A stretch of DNA of 36,717 nt from Chiloscyllium plagiosum (GCF_004010195.1 NC_057755.1:3167197-3203913); one strand, 5' to 3'; shown: positions 23,990 through 36,632, numbered from the stretch's first letter. The notes: a model not told the origin generated them from the sequence alone. Translations and numbers: made by a program.

Positions 23990-25044
23990 CTGGAAAGAAA
24001 NNNNNNNNNNNNNNNNNNNNNNNNNNNNNNNNNNNNNNNNNNNNNNNNNNNNNNNNNNNNNNNNNNNNNNNNNNNNNNNNNNNNNNNNNNNNNNNNNNNN
24101 NNNNNNNNNNNNNNNNNNNNNNNNNNNNNNNNNNNNNNNNNNNNNNNNNNNNNNNNNNNNNNNNNNNNNNNNNNNNNNNNNNNNNNNNNNNNNNNNNNNN
24201 NNNNNNNNNNNNNNNNNNNNNNNNNNNNNNNNNNNNNNNNNNNNNNNNNNNNNNNNNNNNNNNNNNNNNNNNNNNNNNNNNNNNNNNNNNNNNNNNNNNN
24301 NNNNNNNNNNNNNNNNNNNNNNNNNNNNNNNNNNNNNNNNNNNNNNNNNNNNNNNNNNNNNNNNNNNNNNNNNNNNNNNNNNNNNNNNNNNNNNNNNNNN
24401 NNNNNNNNNNNNNNNNNNNNNNNNNNNNNNNNNNNNNNNNNNNNNNNNNNNNNNNNNNNNNNNNNNNNNNNNNNNNNNNNNNNNNNNNNNNNNNNNNNNN
24501 ACCTCGGGTTGGTTCTTGTGTCTAAGTGAACCGTGGTGACCTGAGGGGGAGGATGGGATTAGGGAATTGAGCTTGATTGTCAGCGTTGATCATATTCAAT
24601 GACAGAGCATGCTCGAGGGGCCGAATGGCCTACTCCTGCCCCTATCTTCTATGTTTCTGTGTGATGTTTCCAGGGTCACCAACAAGACCCCCGTTGGGTG
24701 GGAGAGAAAGCCGTGGGGGATGACCAATGAGGCTGTGACCCGATGTGGCCAGCTTCACCGAGTGGGCAAGTCATTGGCAGATGGAATAGAATGGGGAGAA
24801 ATGTCCGTGTGCAGCACAGATTTCCAAACTAACGCATTGACTGAATAAAATCCCCGTTCTCTGCCCAGTCCACACTTCTGACTGGATATTATTACATTGC
24901 AACATGAAGGTACTGAGTGTAACAGAGTTTCCTACATCCCATCATATCATCCACTTTGCTGTCAGTGTTTTGTGAATTGTATTGAAAACATTGGCAGGTG
25001 GAATAGAATTCATCTGGAATCAACCCTTTTTCTCTGTTTGAACT

Positions 25045-25500
25045 GAGGCTGTAATGAGGTCAGGATCTGAGTGGCCCTGGCGGAACCCGAACTGGGTGTC
25101 ACTGAGCAGGTTATTGCTGAGCCGATGTTGCTTGGTAGCAGTATTGATGACCCCTCCCATCACTTTACTGATGATCACAAGTAGACTGAAGGGATGGCAA
25201 ATGGCTGGTTTGGCTTTGTTCTGCTTTTAGTGCATGACATACCTGGGCAAGTTTCCACTCTCTGTTAGATGCCAGAGCTGTCACTCAGCAGCAACTGCCT
25301 GATTCGGGGTGTCAGATGTTCCGGAGCGCACATCATCTGTCCCATTGCTGGGATGTGATCAGGTCCACAGCCTTTTCCCGCTAGAGGAGGCCAAGATGGA
25401 TCAACCCAGCAGCATTTCTGTCTGAAAAGTTTATGAACGTGTTCAGTCTTATTGTTGCATGAATGTGTTCGCCTCTTCCCATTGTTGATTACTGGAGATA
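25045..25500 (-). mobile_element. Old non-LTR retrotransposon RT fragment
   Basis: Minus strand reads LSNNLLSDTQFGFRQGHS (QxGF motif) next to an SLLVIISKVMEG-like segment. Confidence 0.7.
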
Positions 25501-25806
25501 TATGTGTAGCCATGGTCACAAAGACTCATACGTCACTACCTCATGGGAGAGGGGCAACTGGTGGTGAGTTTAAAAGAATTCAAGATGGCGCCGACACTGG
25601 GCTAGTCCTTGTCAACTCCCAATAGCAGATCAAACTCTAACATTTCTTATAACCATTTGACATTTTCAAACTTAAATTCTATATTTGTTAAAATTATTGT
25701 GTGCAAGGTTTTTTTTGCTCTACAATGTAAGTCTTTGCTTACTCTGATCTCCTGTACAGCTCCCAAATAATGCTTTTCATTGTACTTAGGCACACATAAT
25801 AATAAA

Positions 25807-26006
25807 GAGAAAATGAGGTCTGCAGATGCTGGAGATCAGAGATGGAAATGTGTTGCTGGAGAAGCGCAGCAGGTCAGGCAGCATCTAGGGAACAGGAGAA
25901 TCGACGTTTCGGGCATTCCTGAAGAAGGGCTAATGCCCGAAACGTCGATTCTCCTGTTCCCTAGATGCTGCCTGACCTGCTGCGCTTCTCCAGCAACACA
26001 TTTCCA
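25807..26006 (+). mobile_element. Non-autonomous hairpin element (Penelope pLTR-like) with a hammerhead-like core
   Basis: Perfect 75-bp inverted arms (25843-25917 / 25932-26006); 15-bp TSD acacataataataaa; CTGAAGA-a-gggc-taat-gccc-GAAAC-GTC at 25919-25946. Confidence 0.85.
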
Positions 26007-27586
26007 ACACATAATAATAAATCAAATCAAACAGCTCTGGTGAGGTGAGAAGGAATGTCCTTCATGGTAACTTCAGCACATGTGGTAACTGTATTTCCTC
26101 TACATTACAAACCAGCAATGCAGCTCACTGAGAGAGCTAGTTACTGAGTGGGCATTCTCTGGAGAAGGGTATATTTGGAACACTGAGATTTAGAGATGGG
26201 AATGTTTGAGTGGAATGCAACATTGCTTCTGGAATAAAGCTTCTCATTTCTTCAATTAAAGTGATCAGAATTGTCCAATATTTAAAACTGAATTTGAGAA
26301 ATAAATACATATTTACTCAAGCCCTTAATGGACGTTGTCATAATCTGTTTGTTCACATCTCAAAGAAACACTCATTTGAACGGTGTTGCAACCTCAAAAT
26401 CCCCAGGCGATCCCCATGGCATAAAGTATTGGGTTTGCAAACGTGAGACATCAGTGTTTGATGCAGAGAGATTGACTGCGGCACGAAAGCACAGATCACT
26501 TCATAAGAGAAAATGCTTGAAACATTTGGAATCATCAATAAATTATTCCATGTGACTCTTGCTATCATTTGCCTTTCTGGTAAGTGACTTAAACTACTGA
26601 GGCTTTGTAAAAATGATTAAGAATTGCTCTCTGCACTTTGTGAAGAATGATGTTACATTCTGATCTAGTGCTCACAATTGGACAGACACTCAAACATTGA
26701 TGTCATTTATTCAGTCAGACATTTTGAATGTATTGATGGTTTAATCCTGACTCTTTACAGCCCTTGTGGTGAAGTGGTAAGGCCCCCACTCTGAACCACA
26801 AGTTTCACCTGCAATGGGTATATGTCTGAGCAATTTGGCTGATGTAATATTATTCAGTGAATCGCCACATATGACATCACTGGTCACGTGATACACACCT
26901 CTTTAGAAGCCAGTGTCTGTTTCTCAAGTCTGACAGGAGTGGTCTGCTGTTCAGGATTGAAGTCCGTACCCTGAGATGGGAATCGGTGTCAGATCCAAGG
27001 GACATGGAGGGACCTGTTTCTTAATGAGAACTGTGTCTGATCACGCCAGTACAGAGACCACGGGAAAAATTCAATAGATCAGACTGCATTCCAGGAGGAA
27101 GAAACAGAGTTAACATTTCAAGTCCAGTCTGACTCTGCATCAGAATTGCTTCCGGGAGCTAGGATCCAGGGTATGAGTATTAATTCTGAGGGGAGTATGC
27201 CACTTGGCAAACCCAAAATAAGGAGGATTCTGGTACTAGTCACTGGACCTGTACAAGAAATGGTCTGCTGCTGTTTTTCAGGTGAGTCTGATTTACAGAT
27301 CCAGTCCAATCGTACACAGTCTCAAAATGCCTCCAGGCTCTAACCTATCATGGGACAAGAAACCCTGTGGACAGCCTGAAAATGGGGACAGGCATCATTT
27401 GTGGACGATTTGAATTAATGCAGAATCTCAGTCTTGACCAGTTAAAAACTATCCTGGAATGTGTCAGTCATAGAATGCATTTAGTGGTATCTGTGAAACC
27501 GCAAAATACATGAAATTAAAACTTTCATTTGTGCTTAAAATAAAATCCTTACTGTTTAAGTCATGTGCAGGGGTTTATTCAATCTG

Positions 27587-28664
27587 TTTGTAAGATTGCT
27601 CACTGAGCTGGAAGATTAGTTTTCAGATGCTCCATCACCATACTAGGTAACGTCATCAGTGAGCCTCCGGTGAAGTGCTGATGTTGTGTCCCACTTTCTA
27701 TTTATGTTTCTTGGTTTCTTAGGGTGAGTGATACAATTTCTGGTTCTTTTTCTCAGAGGATGATAGATGGTGTCCAAATTGACGTGTTAATTGATGGAGT
27801 TCCAGTTAGAATGCCATGCCTCTAGGAATTCTCATGTGTCTCCGTTAAGCTTGTCCTTGGATGGATGTGTTGTCCCAGTTAAGGTGGTGCTCTGCTTTGC
27901 CTGTATGAAAAGATACTAGTGATAGTCGGTCATTTCTTTTTCTGGTTATTTTGTGTTCGTGTATCCTGGTGGCTAGTTTTCTGCCTGTTTGTCTGATGTA
28001 GTTTTTGTTACATTCCCTGCATAGTATTTTGTAAGTGACATTCATTTTGCTGGTTATTCTGGTTGTAAGTTTGCTCGCTGAGCTGGAAGCTTTGTTTTCA
28101 GATGTTTCGTCACCATTCTAGGTGACATCATCAGTAAGCCTCAGGTGAAGAGCTGGTGTTAGAACCAGCAAAGCCAATGACATTTACAAAATATCATGCA
28201 GGGACTGTCACAAACATTACATCGAACAAACAGGCAGAAAACTAGCCACCAGGATACATGAACACCCAAGTAGCCTCAAAAAGACATGGCCTACTAGCCT
28301 TTCGTGCAGACGAAGAAGGACATCACTTTAACTGGACAGCACATCCATCCTAGAACAGGCTAAACAGAGACATGCATGGGAATTCCGAGAGGCATGGCAT
28401 TCTAACTGGACCTGTTATCAATTAACACATCGATTTGAACCCCATTTACCATCCTCTGAGATAAAAGAACCAGAAATCACATCACTCACTCTAAAAAACT
28501 AAGAAACATAAATAGAAAGTGGGATATAACATGAACACTTCACTGGACCCTCACTGATGACATTACCTCATATGGTGATGAACTGAAAACATACCTTCCA
28601 GCTCAGCAAGCAAACCTTCAACCACAACCTCAATCTGAATTACAAATCTTCTCAAAATTGCTTA
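27587..28664. mobile_element. Penelope-like element remnant: two inverted 3' GIY-YIG fragments with pLTRs
   Basis: Minus strand NVTYKILCRECNKNYIRQTGRKLATRIHEH and plus strand NDIYKISCRDCHKHYIEQTGRKLATRIHEH; 13-bp TSD tttattcaatctg at 27574-27586 and 28665-28677. Confidence 0.88.
28097..28138 (-). ncRNA. Minimal type I hammerhead ribozyme-like motif in a Penelope pLTR
   Basis: Minus strand tta-CTGATGA-t-gtcacc-tagaat-ggtgac-GAAAC-ATC-tga. Confidence 0.55.
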
Positions 28665-29064
28665 TTTATTCAATCTGCAATTTAACACTTTCTGTTCACT
28701 TATTTCTTATGCAGTTAATTTACTTGCAATCATGATCCTATCCAGAGGAAAATGCGGCCTCTCAACCTGCACCAGTCATTACCTGGTGGCCATGGCGATA
28801 GCAGACCTATTTGTTATAATCACTGAGGTTATTCTGTGGCAGATTAAATATGATTATTTCCCCATATCTCTCCTGGACCTCACCCCTGAGTGCAGTGTTC
28901 ACAATGTTCTGATACGAGCAGCGATGGCCGGTTCTGTCTGGTTCACAGGCATCTTCTCCTTTGATTGATTCATTTCCATTTGTTTCCAGAACCTGGAAAA
29001 TGAAATACTGCACCAAGAAAAATGCAACTGTCATCCTCTCAATAACCTGCATTCTGCTCTGTTT

Positions 29065-29250
29065 GAGAGAAAGTGAGGGCTGCAGATGCTGGAGATCAGA
29101 CCTGAAAATGTGTTGCTGGAAAAGCGCAGCAGGTCAGGCAGCATCCAAGGAACAGGAGAATCGAAGAAGGGCTTATGCCTGAAACGTCGATTCTCCTGTT
29201 CTTTGGATGCTGCCTAACCTGCTGCGCTTTACCAGCAACACATTTTCAGC
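29065..29250 (+). mobile_element. Second hairpin element, inserted in GPCR exon 2
   Basis: Same family as 25807-26006; 12-bp TSD tctgctctgttt (29053-29064 / 29251-29262). Confidence 0.88.
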
Positions 29251-30029
29251 TCTGCTCTGTTTTAAAAATGTCCCCTTCTACTTTATATATGAACCGATAC
29301 AGGTCATTGCCAATGTCTCATGGTTCTGCTATCCAAAGGAAACTTATGTTATTGAGCCTGGATGGGTTGGATTTAATTGGTTTGATTGGGTTTTAACGTC
29401 CTTGCTTCCGTATGCTTTAATTCTGTTACTTAACGTTCTGACCGTGAGAAACATTTTAGTGACCAGTCGGGTCCGTCAGGGACTGAAAGGACAGAGAAAA
29501 GGAGAAATTCCCAGTGACCCAGAGATGGAGAGCAGAAGAAAGTCTGTGATTTTACTTTTGACCGTATCTGGCACCTTCATAATTCTGTGGTCAGTGCATG
29601 TTACAGAATTCTTTTATTATAATATTCGAGGAACATACCTGAGCAATTACAATGATTCAGAACTTATATTTGCAATGGCCGGTGTTTCCCTGGTGAATTT
29701 ACATTGCTGCATCAACACATTTGTTTATGTGGCAACTCAATCGAAGTTCAGAGAGCAAGTCAGGGAGATGTTAAAATATACTGTCACATTGATTATCCAG
29801 TTAATGAATAAACAAAAGACCTGAGTGTAGCGTAGAGGCAAGTACCAATATTTACTATCATGAATGAAAACGAAATCACCATAGCTGTTGGTGAATGCTG
29901 GAACCCAAGCTGTGATCCTCATTGAATCCCACTCGTCATCACCTTCCACTGAAAAGAATACACATTCTGCTTTCTGTTTGTTAATGAACTCTCTGTCCAT
30001 GCCAGTATAATACCCCAATCACACTGGCT

Positions 30030-30270
30030 TTGATTTTGCAAAACTAATTTTCTTTATGGGACATTACCAAAAAGTTTCTGAAAATCCAAGTACACTACAT
30101 CCACTTGATGTTCCTTATCTATTCTGAGTTTATCTTCAAGGAATTCCAATATGTTTGCAAAGCATGATTTCCCTTTCATCAATCCATGTTGACTTTGTGA
30201 AATCCCATATCAACATCTTTCAATATGAACACTTACATTTTCTAAATGACTGAGATTAAGCCAATCTGTC
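30030..30270 (-). mobile_element. Degraded CR1 RT fragment
   Basis: Minus strand SQHGLMKGKSCFANILEF- and VDVVYLDFQK-like motifs. Confidence 0.65.
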
Positions 30271-30644
30271 TAATCTTCTGTATCCAACAGGAAAAGTACA
30301 TCACTCTAATAAAGGTCATCTTTGCACCTTAATCTACAGACCCAGAAAATAGCAAGCACAATCTTACTACTCTAAAGAAATACTGCTCCAGGATAGCCTA
30401 TGTGTTTAAAGTTTAATCAAGGGACGGATCACAGCAAAAACATAATCAAAAATCATCACCTCTCCTCACTATTGTAGATACAGAAAATAAAGACAAATAA
30501 GGTTAAACCTCAAAAACTAATCATTTAGCCATTCACCTGCTGTCAGCACCCTCATACAAGTATCTCCAAGGTCAGCTGTGAGTTTCACTGTTTATTTTTC
30601 TTGGATGAGATCATTGAAACCAAAGAGCAGAAGCAGTCAGCTCC

Positions 30645-33600
30645 CCAGGGTCACTGCTGGCTCATACAGCTGTGCACGGTCACTGCTGGGCCACACAGCT
30701 GTGCAGGGTCACTGTTGGGTCACACAGCTGTGCAGGGTCACTGCTGGGTCACACAGCTGTGCAGGGTCGCTGCTGGATCATACAGCTGTGCAGGGTCACT
30801 GCTGGGTCACACAGTTGTGCAGGGTCGCTGCTGGATCATACAGCTGGGCAGGGTCACTGCTGGGTCACACAGCTGCGCAGGGTCACTGCTGGATCATACA
30901 GCTGTGCAGGGTCACTGCTGGATCGTACAGCTGTGCAGGGTCGCTGCTGGATCATACAGCTGTGTAGTGTCGCTGCTGGGTCACACAGCTGTGCAGGGTC
31001 ACTGTTGGGTCACACATCTGTACAGGGTCACTGCTGGGTCACACAGCTGCGCACGGTCGCTGCTGGATCATACAGGTGTGCAGGGTCACTGCTGGATCAT
31101 ACAGCTGTGCAGGGTCACTGCTGGATCATACAGCGGCTCAGGGTCACTGCTGGATCATACAGCTGTGCAGGAACACTGCTGGGTCACACAGCTGTGCAGA
31201 GTCACTGCTGGAACATACAGCTGTGCTGGGTCACTGCTGGGTCACACAGCTGTGCAGAGTCACTGCTGGGTCACACAGCTGGGCAGAGTCACTGCTGGAT
31301 CATACAGCTGTGCAGAGTCACTGCTGGATCACACAGCTGTGCAGGGTCACTACTGGGTCACACAGCTGTGCAGAGTCACTACTGGGTCACACAGCTGTGC
31401 AGGGTCACTGCTGGGTCACACAGCTGTGCAGAGTCAATGCTGGGTCACACAGCTGTGCAGGGTCACTGCTGGATCACACAGCTGTGCAGTGTCACTGCTG
31501 GATCACACAGCTGTGCAGAGTCACTGCTGGATCTCACAGCTGTGCAGAGTCACTGTTGGATCACAGCTGTGCAGGGTCACTGCTGGATCACACAGATGTG
31601 CAGGGTCACTGCTGGGTCACACCGCTGTGCAGAGTCACTGCTGGGTCACACCGCTGTGCAGGGTCACTGCTGGATCACACAGCTGTGCAGGGTCACTGCT
31701 GGGTCACACAGCTGTGCAGAGTCAATGCTGGGTCACACAGCTGTGCAGGGTCACTGTTGGGTCACACAGATGTGCAGGGTCACTGCTGGGTCACACAGTT
31801 GTGCAGGGTCACTGCTGGGTCACACAGCTGTGCAGGGTCACTGCTGGATCATACAGCTGTGCAGAGTCACTGCTGGCTCACACAGCTGTGCAGGGTCACT
31901 GCTGGATCATACAGCTGTGCAGAGTCACTGCTGGATCACACAGCTGTGCAGGGTCACTGCTGGGTCACACAGTTGTGCAGGGTCACTGCTGGATCACACA
32001 GCTGTGCAGGGTCACACAGCTGTGCAGAGTCAATGCTGGGTCACACAGCTGTGCAGGGTCACTGCTGGATCACGCAACTGCGCAGGGTCACTGCTGGGTC
32101 GCACAGCTGTACAGGGTCACTGCTGGATCACACAGCTGTGCATGGTCACTGCTGGGTCACACAGCTGTGCAGGGTCATTGATGAGTCATGCAGCTGTGCA
32201 GGGTCACCGCTGGATCATACAGCTGTGCAGGGTCACTGCTGGATCATACAGCGGCTCAGGGTCACTGCTGGGTCACACAGCTGTGCAGGGTCACACAGCT
32301 GTGCAGGGTCACTGTTGGGTCACACAGCTGTGCAGGGTCACTGCTGGATCATACAGGTGTGCAGAGTCACTGCTGGATCATACAGCTGTGCAGGGTCACT
32401 GCTGGATCATACAGCTGTGCAGGGTCACTGCTGGATCATACAGCTGTGCTGGGTCACAGCTGAGCAGAGTCACTGCTGGAACATACTGATGTGCAGGGTC
32501 ACTGTTGGATCATACAGCTGTGCAAGGGCACTACGGGGTCACACAGCTGTGCAGGGTCACTGCTAGATCATACAGCTGTGCAGGGTCACTACTGGGTCAC
32601 ACAGCTGTGCAGGATCACTGCTGGTTCACACAGCTGTGCATGGGCCAGTGCTGGATCATACACCTGTGCAGAGTCACTGCTGGGTCACACAGCTGTGCAG
32701 GGTCACTGCTGGGTCACACAGTTGTGCAGGGTCACTGCTGGGTCACACAGATGTGCAGGGTCACTGCTGGATCATACAGCTGTGCAGGGTCACTGCTTGG
32801 TCACACAGCTGTGCAGGGTCATTGATGAGTCATGCAGCTGTGCAGGGTCACCGCTGGATCATACAGCTGTGCAGGGTCACTGCTGGATCATACAGCGGCT
32901 CAGGGTCACTGCTGGGTCACACAGCTGTGCAGAGTCACTGCTGGGTCACACAGCTGTGCAGGGTCACTGCTGGGTCACACAGATGTGCAGGGTCACTGCT
33001 GGATCATACAGCTGTGCAGGGTCACTGCTTGGTCACACAGCTGTGCAGGGTCACTGCTGGGTCACACAGCTGTGCAGGGTCACTGCTGGGTCACACAGCT
33101 GTGCAGAGTCACTGCTGGGTCACACAGCTGTGCAGGGTCACTGCTGGGTCACACAGATGTGCAGGGTCACTGCTGGGCCACACAGCTGTGCAGGGTCACT
33201 GCTGGGTCACACAGATGTGCAGGGACACTGCTGGGTCACACAGCTGGGCCATGCAGATTCACTGCTGGATCGTGCAGCTGTGCAGAGTCACTGCTGGGTC
33301 ACACAGCGGCTCAGGGTCATTGCGGGGTCACACAGCGGCTCAGAGTCACTGCTGGATCACACAGCTGTGCAGGGTCACTGCTTGGTCACACAGCTGTGCA
33401 GGGTCACTGCTTGGTCACACAGCTGTGCAGGGTCACTGCTGGGCCACACAGCTGTGCAGGGTCACTGATGAGTCATACAGCTGTGCAGGGACACTGCTGG
33501 GTCACACAGCTGGGCCATGCAGATTCACTGCTGGATCGTACAGCTGTGCAGAGTCACTGCTGGGACACACAGCGGCTCAGGGTCATTGCGGGGTCACACA

Positions 33601-34487
33601 GCGGCTCAGAGTCACTGCTGGATCACACAGCTGTGCAGGGTCACTGCTGGGTCACACAGCTGTGTAGGGTCACCGCTGGATCATACAGCTGTGCAGAGTC
33701 ACCACTGGATCATACAGCTGTGCAGGGTCACTGCTAGATCGTACAGCGGCTCAGGGTCACTGCTGGGTCACCCAGCTGTGCAGGGTCACTGCTGGATCAT
33801 ACAGCTGTGCAGAGTCACTGCTGGGTCACACAGCTATGCAGGGTCACTGCTGGATCATACAGCTGTGCAGAGTCACTGCTGGGTCACACAGCTGTGCAGG
33901 GTCACTGCTGGATCATACAGCTGTGCAGGGTCACTGCTGGCTCCTACAGCTGTGCAGGGTCACTGCTGGGGCATACAGCTGTGCAGGGGTCACTGATGGG
34001 TCACATAGCTGTGCAGGGTCACCGCTGGCTCATACAGCTGTGCAGGGTCACTGTTGGGTCACACAGCTGTGCAGGGGTCACTGCTGGGTCACACAGCTGT
34101 GCAGGGGTCACTGCTGGGTCACAGCTGTGCAGGGTCACTGCTGGAACATACAGCTGTGCAGGGTCACTGCTGGGTCACACAGCTGTGCAGGGTCACTGTT
34201 GGGTCACACAGCTGTGCAGGGGTCACTGCTGGATCATACAGCTGTACAGGGTCACTGCTGGCTCATACAGCTGTGCAGGGTCACTGCTGGGTCATGCAGC
34301 TGTGCAGGGGTCACTGTTGGGTCACACACCTGTGCAGATTCACTGCTGGATCATACAGCTGTGCAGGGTCACTGCTGGGCCATACAGCTGTGCAGGGTCA
34401 CTGATGGGTCATACAGCTGTGCAGGGGTCACTTGGGTCACACAGCTGTGCAGGGTCACTGATGGGTCACACAGCTGTGCAGGGTCAT
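30645..34487. repeat. 29-bp minisatellite (CAGGGTCACTGCTGGGTCACACAGCTGTG), roughly 130 copies
   Basis: Continuous tandem array; accounts for all long ORFs at 30578-34652. Confidence 0.97.
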
Positions 34488-34629
34488 TTCTCGTTCACAC
34501 AACTTTGCAGATTTAATGTTCTGTCGGACAGTTGTGTAGGTTCTGTCAAACTGTCTACTGGGTTAATTGTTTTGTTTGCTCCATTAAAAAGCTCAGTCAA
34601 GTTTCTGAGACACTATTTTCCTCACACAC

Positions 34630-35600
34630 AAAAACATGCTCACTATTCATAATCAATCCTTCCCTCTCCAAATTCACAAACATCCTATCCTTCAGAATCA
34701 TCTCCAATTACTTAACCATTACCAACATCAGACTCTATAGTTCCCATGTCTATAGATCCAAGCCTACTCGTTACATCCCTTCGTAAACAATGGCATAATA
34801 TTAGCCATCTTTCAGTCTTCTTATTCTTCGCCCATGTTTATAGATTGATATAAATATTTCTGATAGTGGCCCTGCAATTTCCTCCCTAACTTCCCACACA
34901 TTTGATCAACTGCTGGAGCTTCATCTACCTTTATGTTTTCTAAGACCTCCAGCACTACCTCTTCTGTGGTATGTCACAATGTGTTCCCGGACTAACACTG
35001 CAGTCACTTGCCCTGCCTTATTTCCCAAGAGAATGTCAAGTTTTGCTCTGTCCCTCGTAGGATCATTCACATAGTGATAAAGAAAAATTTCTTGAACACA
35101 TTTAACAAATTCTTCACCATCCAAACCTTAACATTATAACAGTCCCAGTCAATGTTTGGAAACTTAAAATCCCTTACTATTATAGCCTTATTATTATTAC
35201 ATATATTTGAGATCTCTACATGTTTACGTCTCAATTTCCCTCTGACTATTGGGGAGCCTATAGTACAATCCCATCAAGGTTATCATTCCATTATTGTTTA
35301 TAATTCCAGCCCACACACTTTCACTAAATTATCCCTCAGAAATATCTTCCTGAATTACAGTAGTAATGTTTTCCTTAATCAAAAATATCACACCCGTTCT
35401 CTCTTGCTTCTCTTTCCATAATTCAGATAACACCTAAAACATTGAGCTGCCAGTACAGCCCTGCTCTCAGCCTAAGTTTCTGTAATAGCTGCACCATCCC
35501 AGTCCCATGTTCCCATACATGCCCTCATTTCATCAGCCTTACTTGTAAAACCTTTTGCATAGAATTAAATGTAGTTTGATTCTTCAGAGTTACTTCTGAC
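34630..35600 (-). mobile_element. Degenerate CR1 LINE EN-domain fragment
   Basis: DGEEFVKCVQEIFLYHYVNDPTRDRAKLDILLGNKAGQV. Confidence 0.8.
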
Positions 35601-35659
35601 TTGTTCTTGTCTGTATTTTCCATTTACCTTGCTCTTTTCTGATTCAGAACCATCCTCAT

Positions 35660-36632
35660 AGAGCCATCGATTTCTCCAGCATGGAGTCAGGTCTTTCGGC
35701 TGAAATTGGTCCATGCCGACCGAAATGTCCAACCAGGGTAACTCCATTTCCCTGCACTTGGCCCATACACTTCTAAACCTTTCCTATCCGTGTATTTGTC
35801 CAAATGCCTTTTCAATATTGTTTATGTACCCACTTCAACCACTTTCTCTGGCAGCTCATTCCATACGCATACCACCCTCTTTATAAAAAAAAGTTGGTCC
35901 TCAAGTTCCCTTTTATTCTTCCTCTTCTTCCTTAAATTGATGTCCTCTAGTCCTCGATTCCCCAACCCTGGGAAAATGACTGAGTGCATTCACACTATAC
36001 ACTTCTGTAAGATCCCCCTCTCAGTCTCCTAAACACTGAAGAAACAAGTCCCAGCTTATCCAAACTCTCCCTAAAGTCCTGGCAACATCCTTGTAAATTT
36101 CTTCTGCACTCTTTCCAGTTTAATAACATCCTTCCTATAGCAAGGTGACTAAAACTGATCGCAATACTCCAAGTGCGGCCTCACCAACGTCCTGTATAAC
36201 TGCAACGTAACTTCCCAACTTCTATACTCAATGCTCTGACTGATGAAGGCCAGTTTGCCGAAAGTCTTCTTCACTGGCCTTTCGACCTGTGACTCCACTT
36301 TCAGAGAACCGTGCACCTGAACTCCAAGGTCCCGCTGTTCCACTACACTCCTTAAGGAGCTAGCATTCACCATGAAACTCCTACCTTGATGTGACTTTCC
36401 AAAATCCAATACCTCACACTTATTTATATTAAATTGCATTTGCCATTTCTCAATCCATTTCCCCAACAGATCAATGTCCTGCTGCAATTTCTGGTAACCT
36501 TCCTCACTGTCCACGATACCGCTTATTTTAGTGTCAGCTGCAAACTTACTGATCATGCCTTGTACATTCTCATCCAAATCATTGATATAGATAGCAAACA
36601 GCAATGGGCCCAGCACCGACCCCTGAGGCACC
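35660..36632 (-). mobile_element. CR1 LINE RT C-terminal part and 3' UTR
   Basis: GVPQGSVLGPLLFAIYINDLDENVQGMISKFAADTKI...LVRPHLEYCDQF. Confidence 0.92.

Larger units (their letters stand above)
1780..24000 (-). repeat. Degenerate tandem array of ~0.6-0.8 kb exon-containing units, interrupted by transposons and gaps
   Basis: The motif ctcac-(exon)-ctg(a/g)aaagaaat..aaaacatttggatgttagcagtg..aattaattt recurs about 19 times. Confidence 0.9.
26513..29824 (+). pseudogene. GPR139/GPR142-like class A GPCR pseudogene, two exons (26513-26579; 28715-29824)
   Basis: Exon 1 MLETFGIINKLFHVTLAIICLS-G|gtaagt joins in phase 1 to tatgcag|TT NLLAIMILSRGKCGLSTCTSHYLVAMAIADL. Later motifs SDPEMESRRKSVILL and CCINTFVYVATQSKFR. 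Stop at the DRF motif (28966-28968), +1 frameshift near 28997, insertion at 29065-29250. Confidence 0.88.

Noticed and set aside
14574..24539. Long ORFs containing X runs
   Set aside because: Artefacts of N gaps at 14911-15292, 16741-17112 and 24001-24500
29207..29824. 205-aa ORF as a functional GPCR
   Set aside because: It starts within the inserted hairpin element and lacks TM1-TM4; it is the 3' part of the pseudogene
30578..34652. Long Cys/His-rich ORFs (up to 605 aa)
   Set aside because: Translations of a 29-bp minisatellite. All three frames give the same permuted peptide, and the unit length is not a multiple of 3
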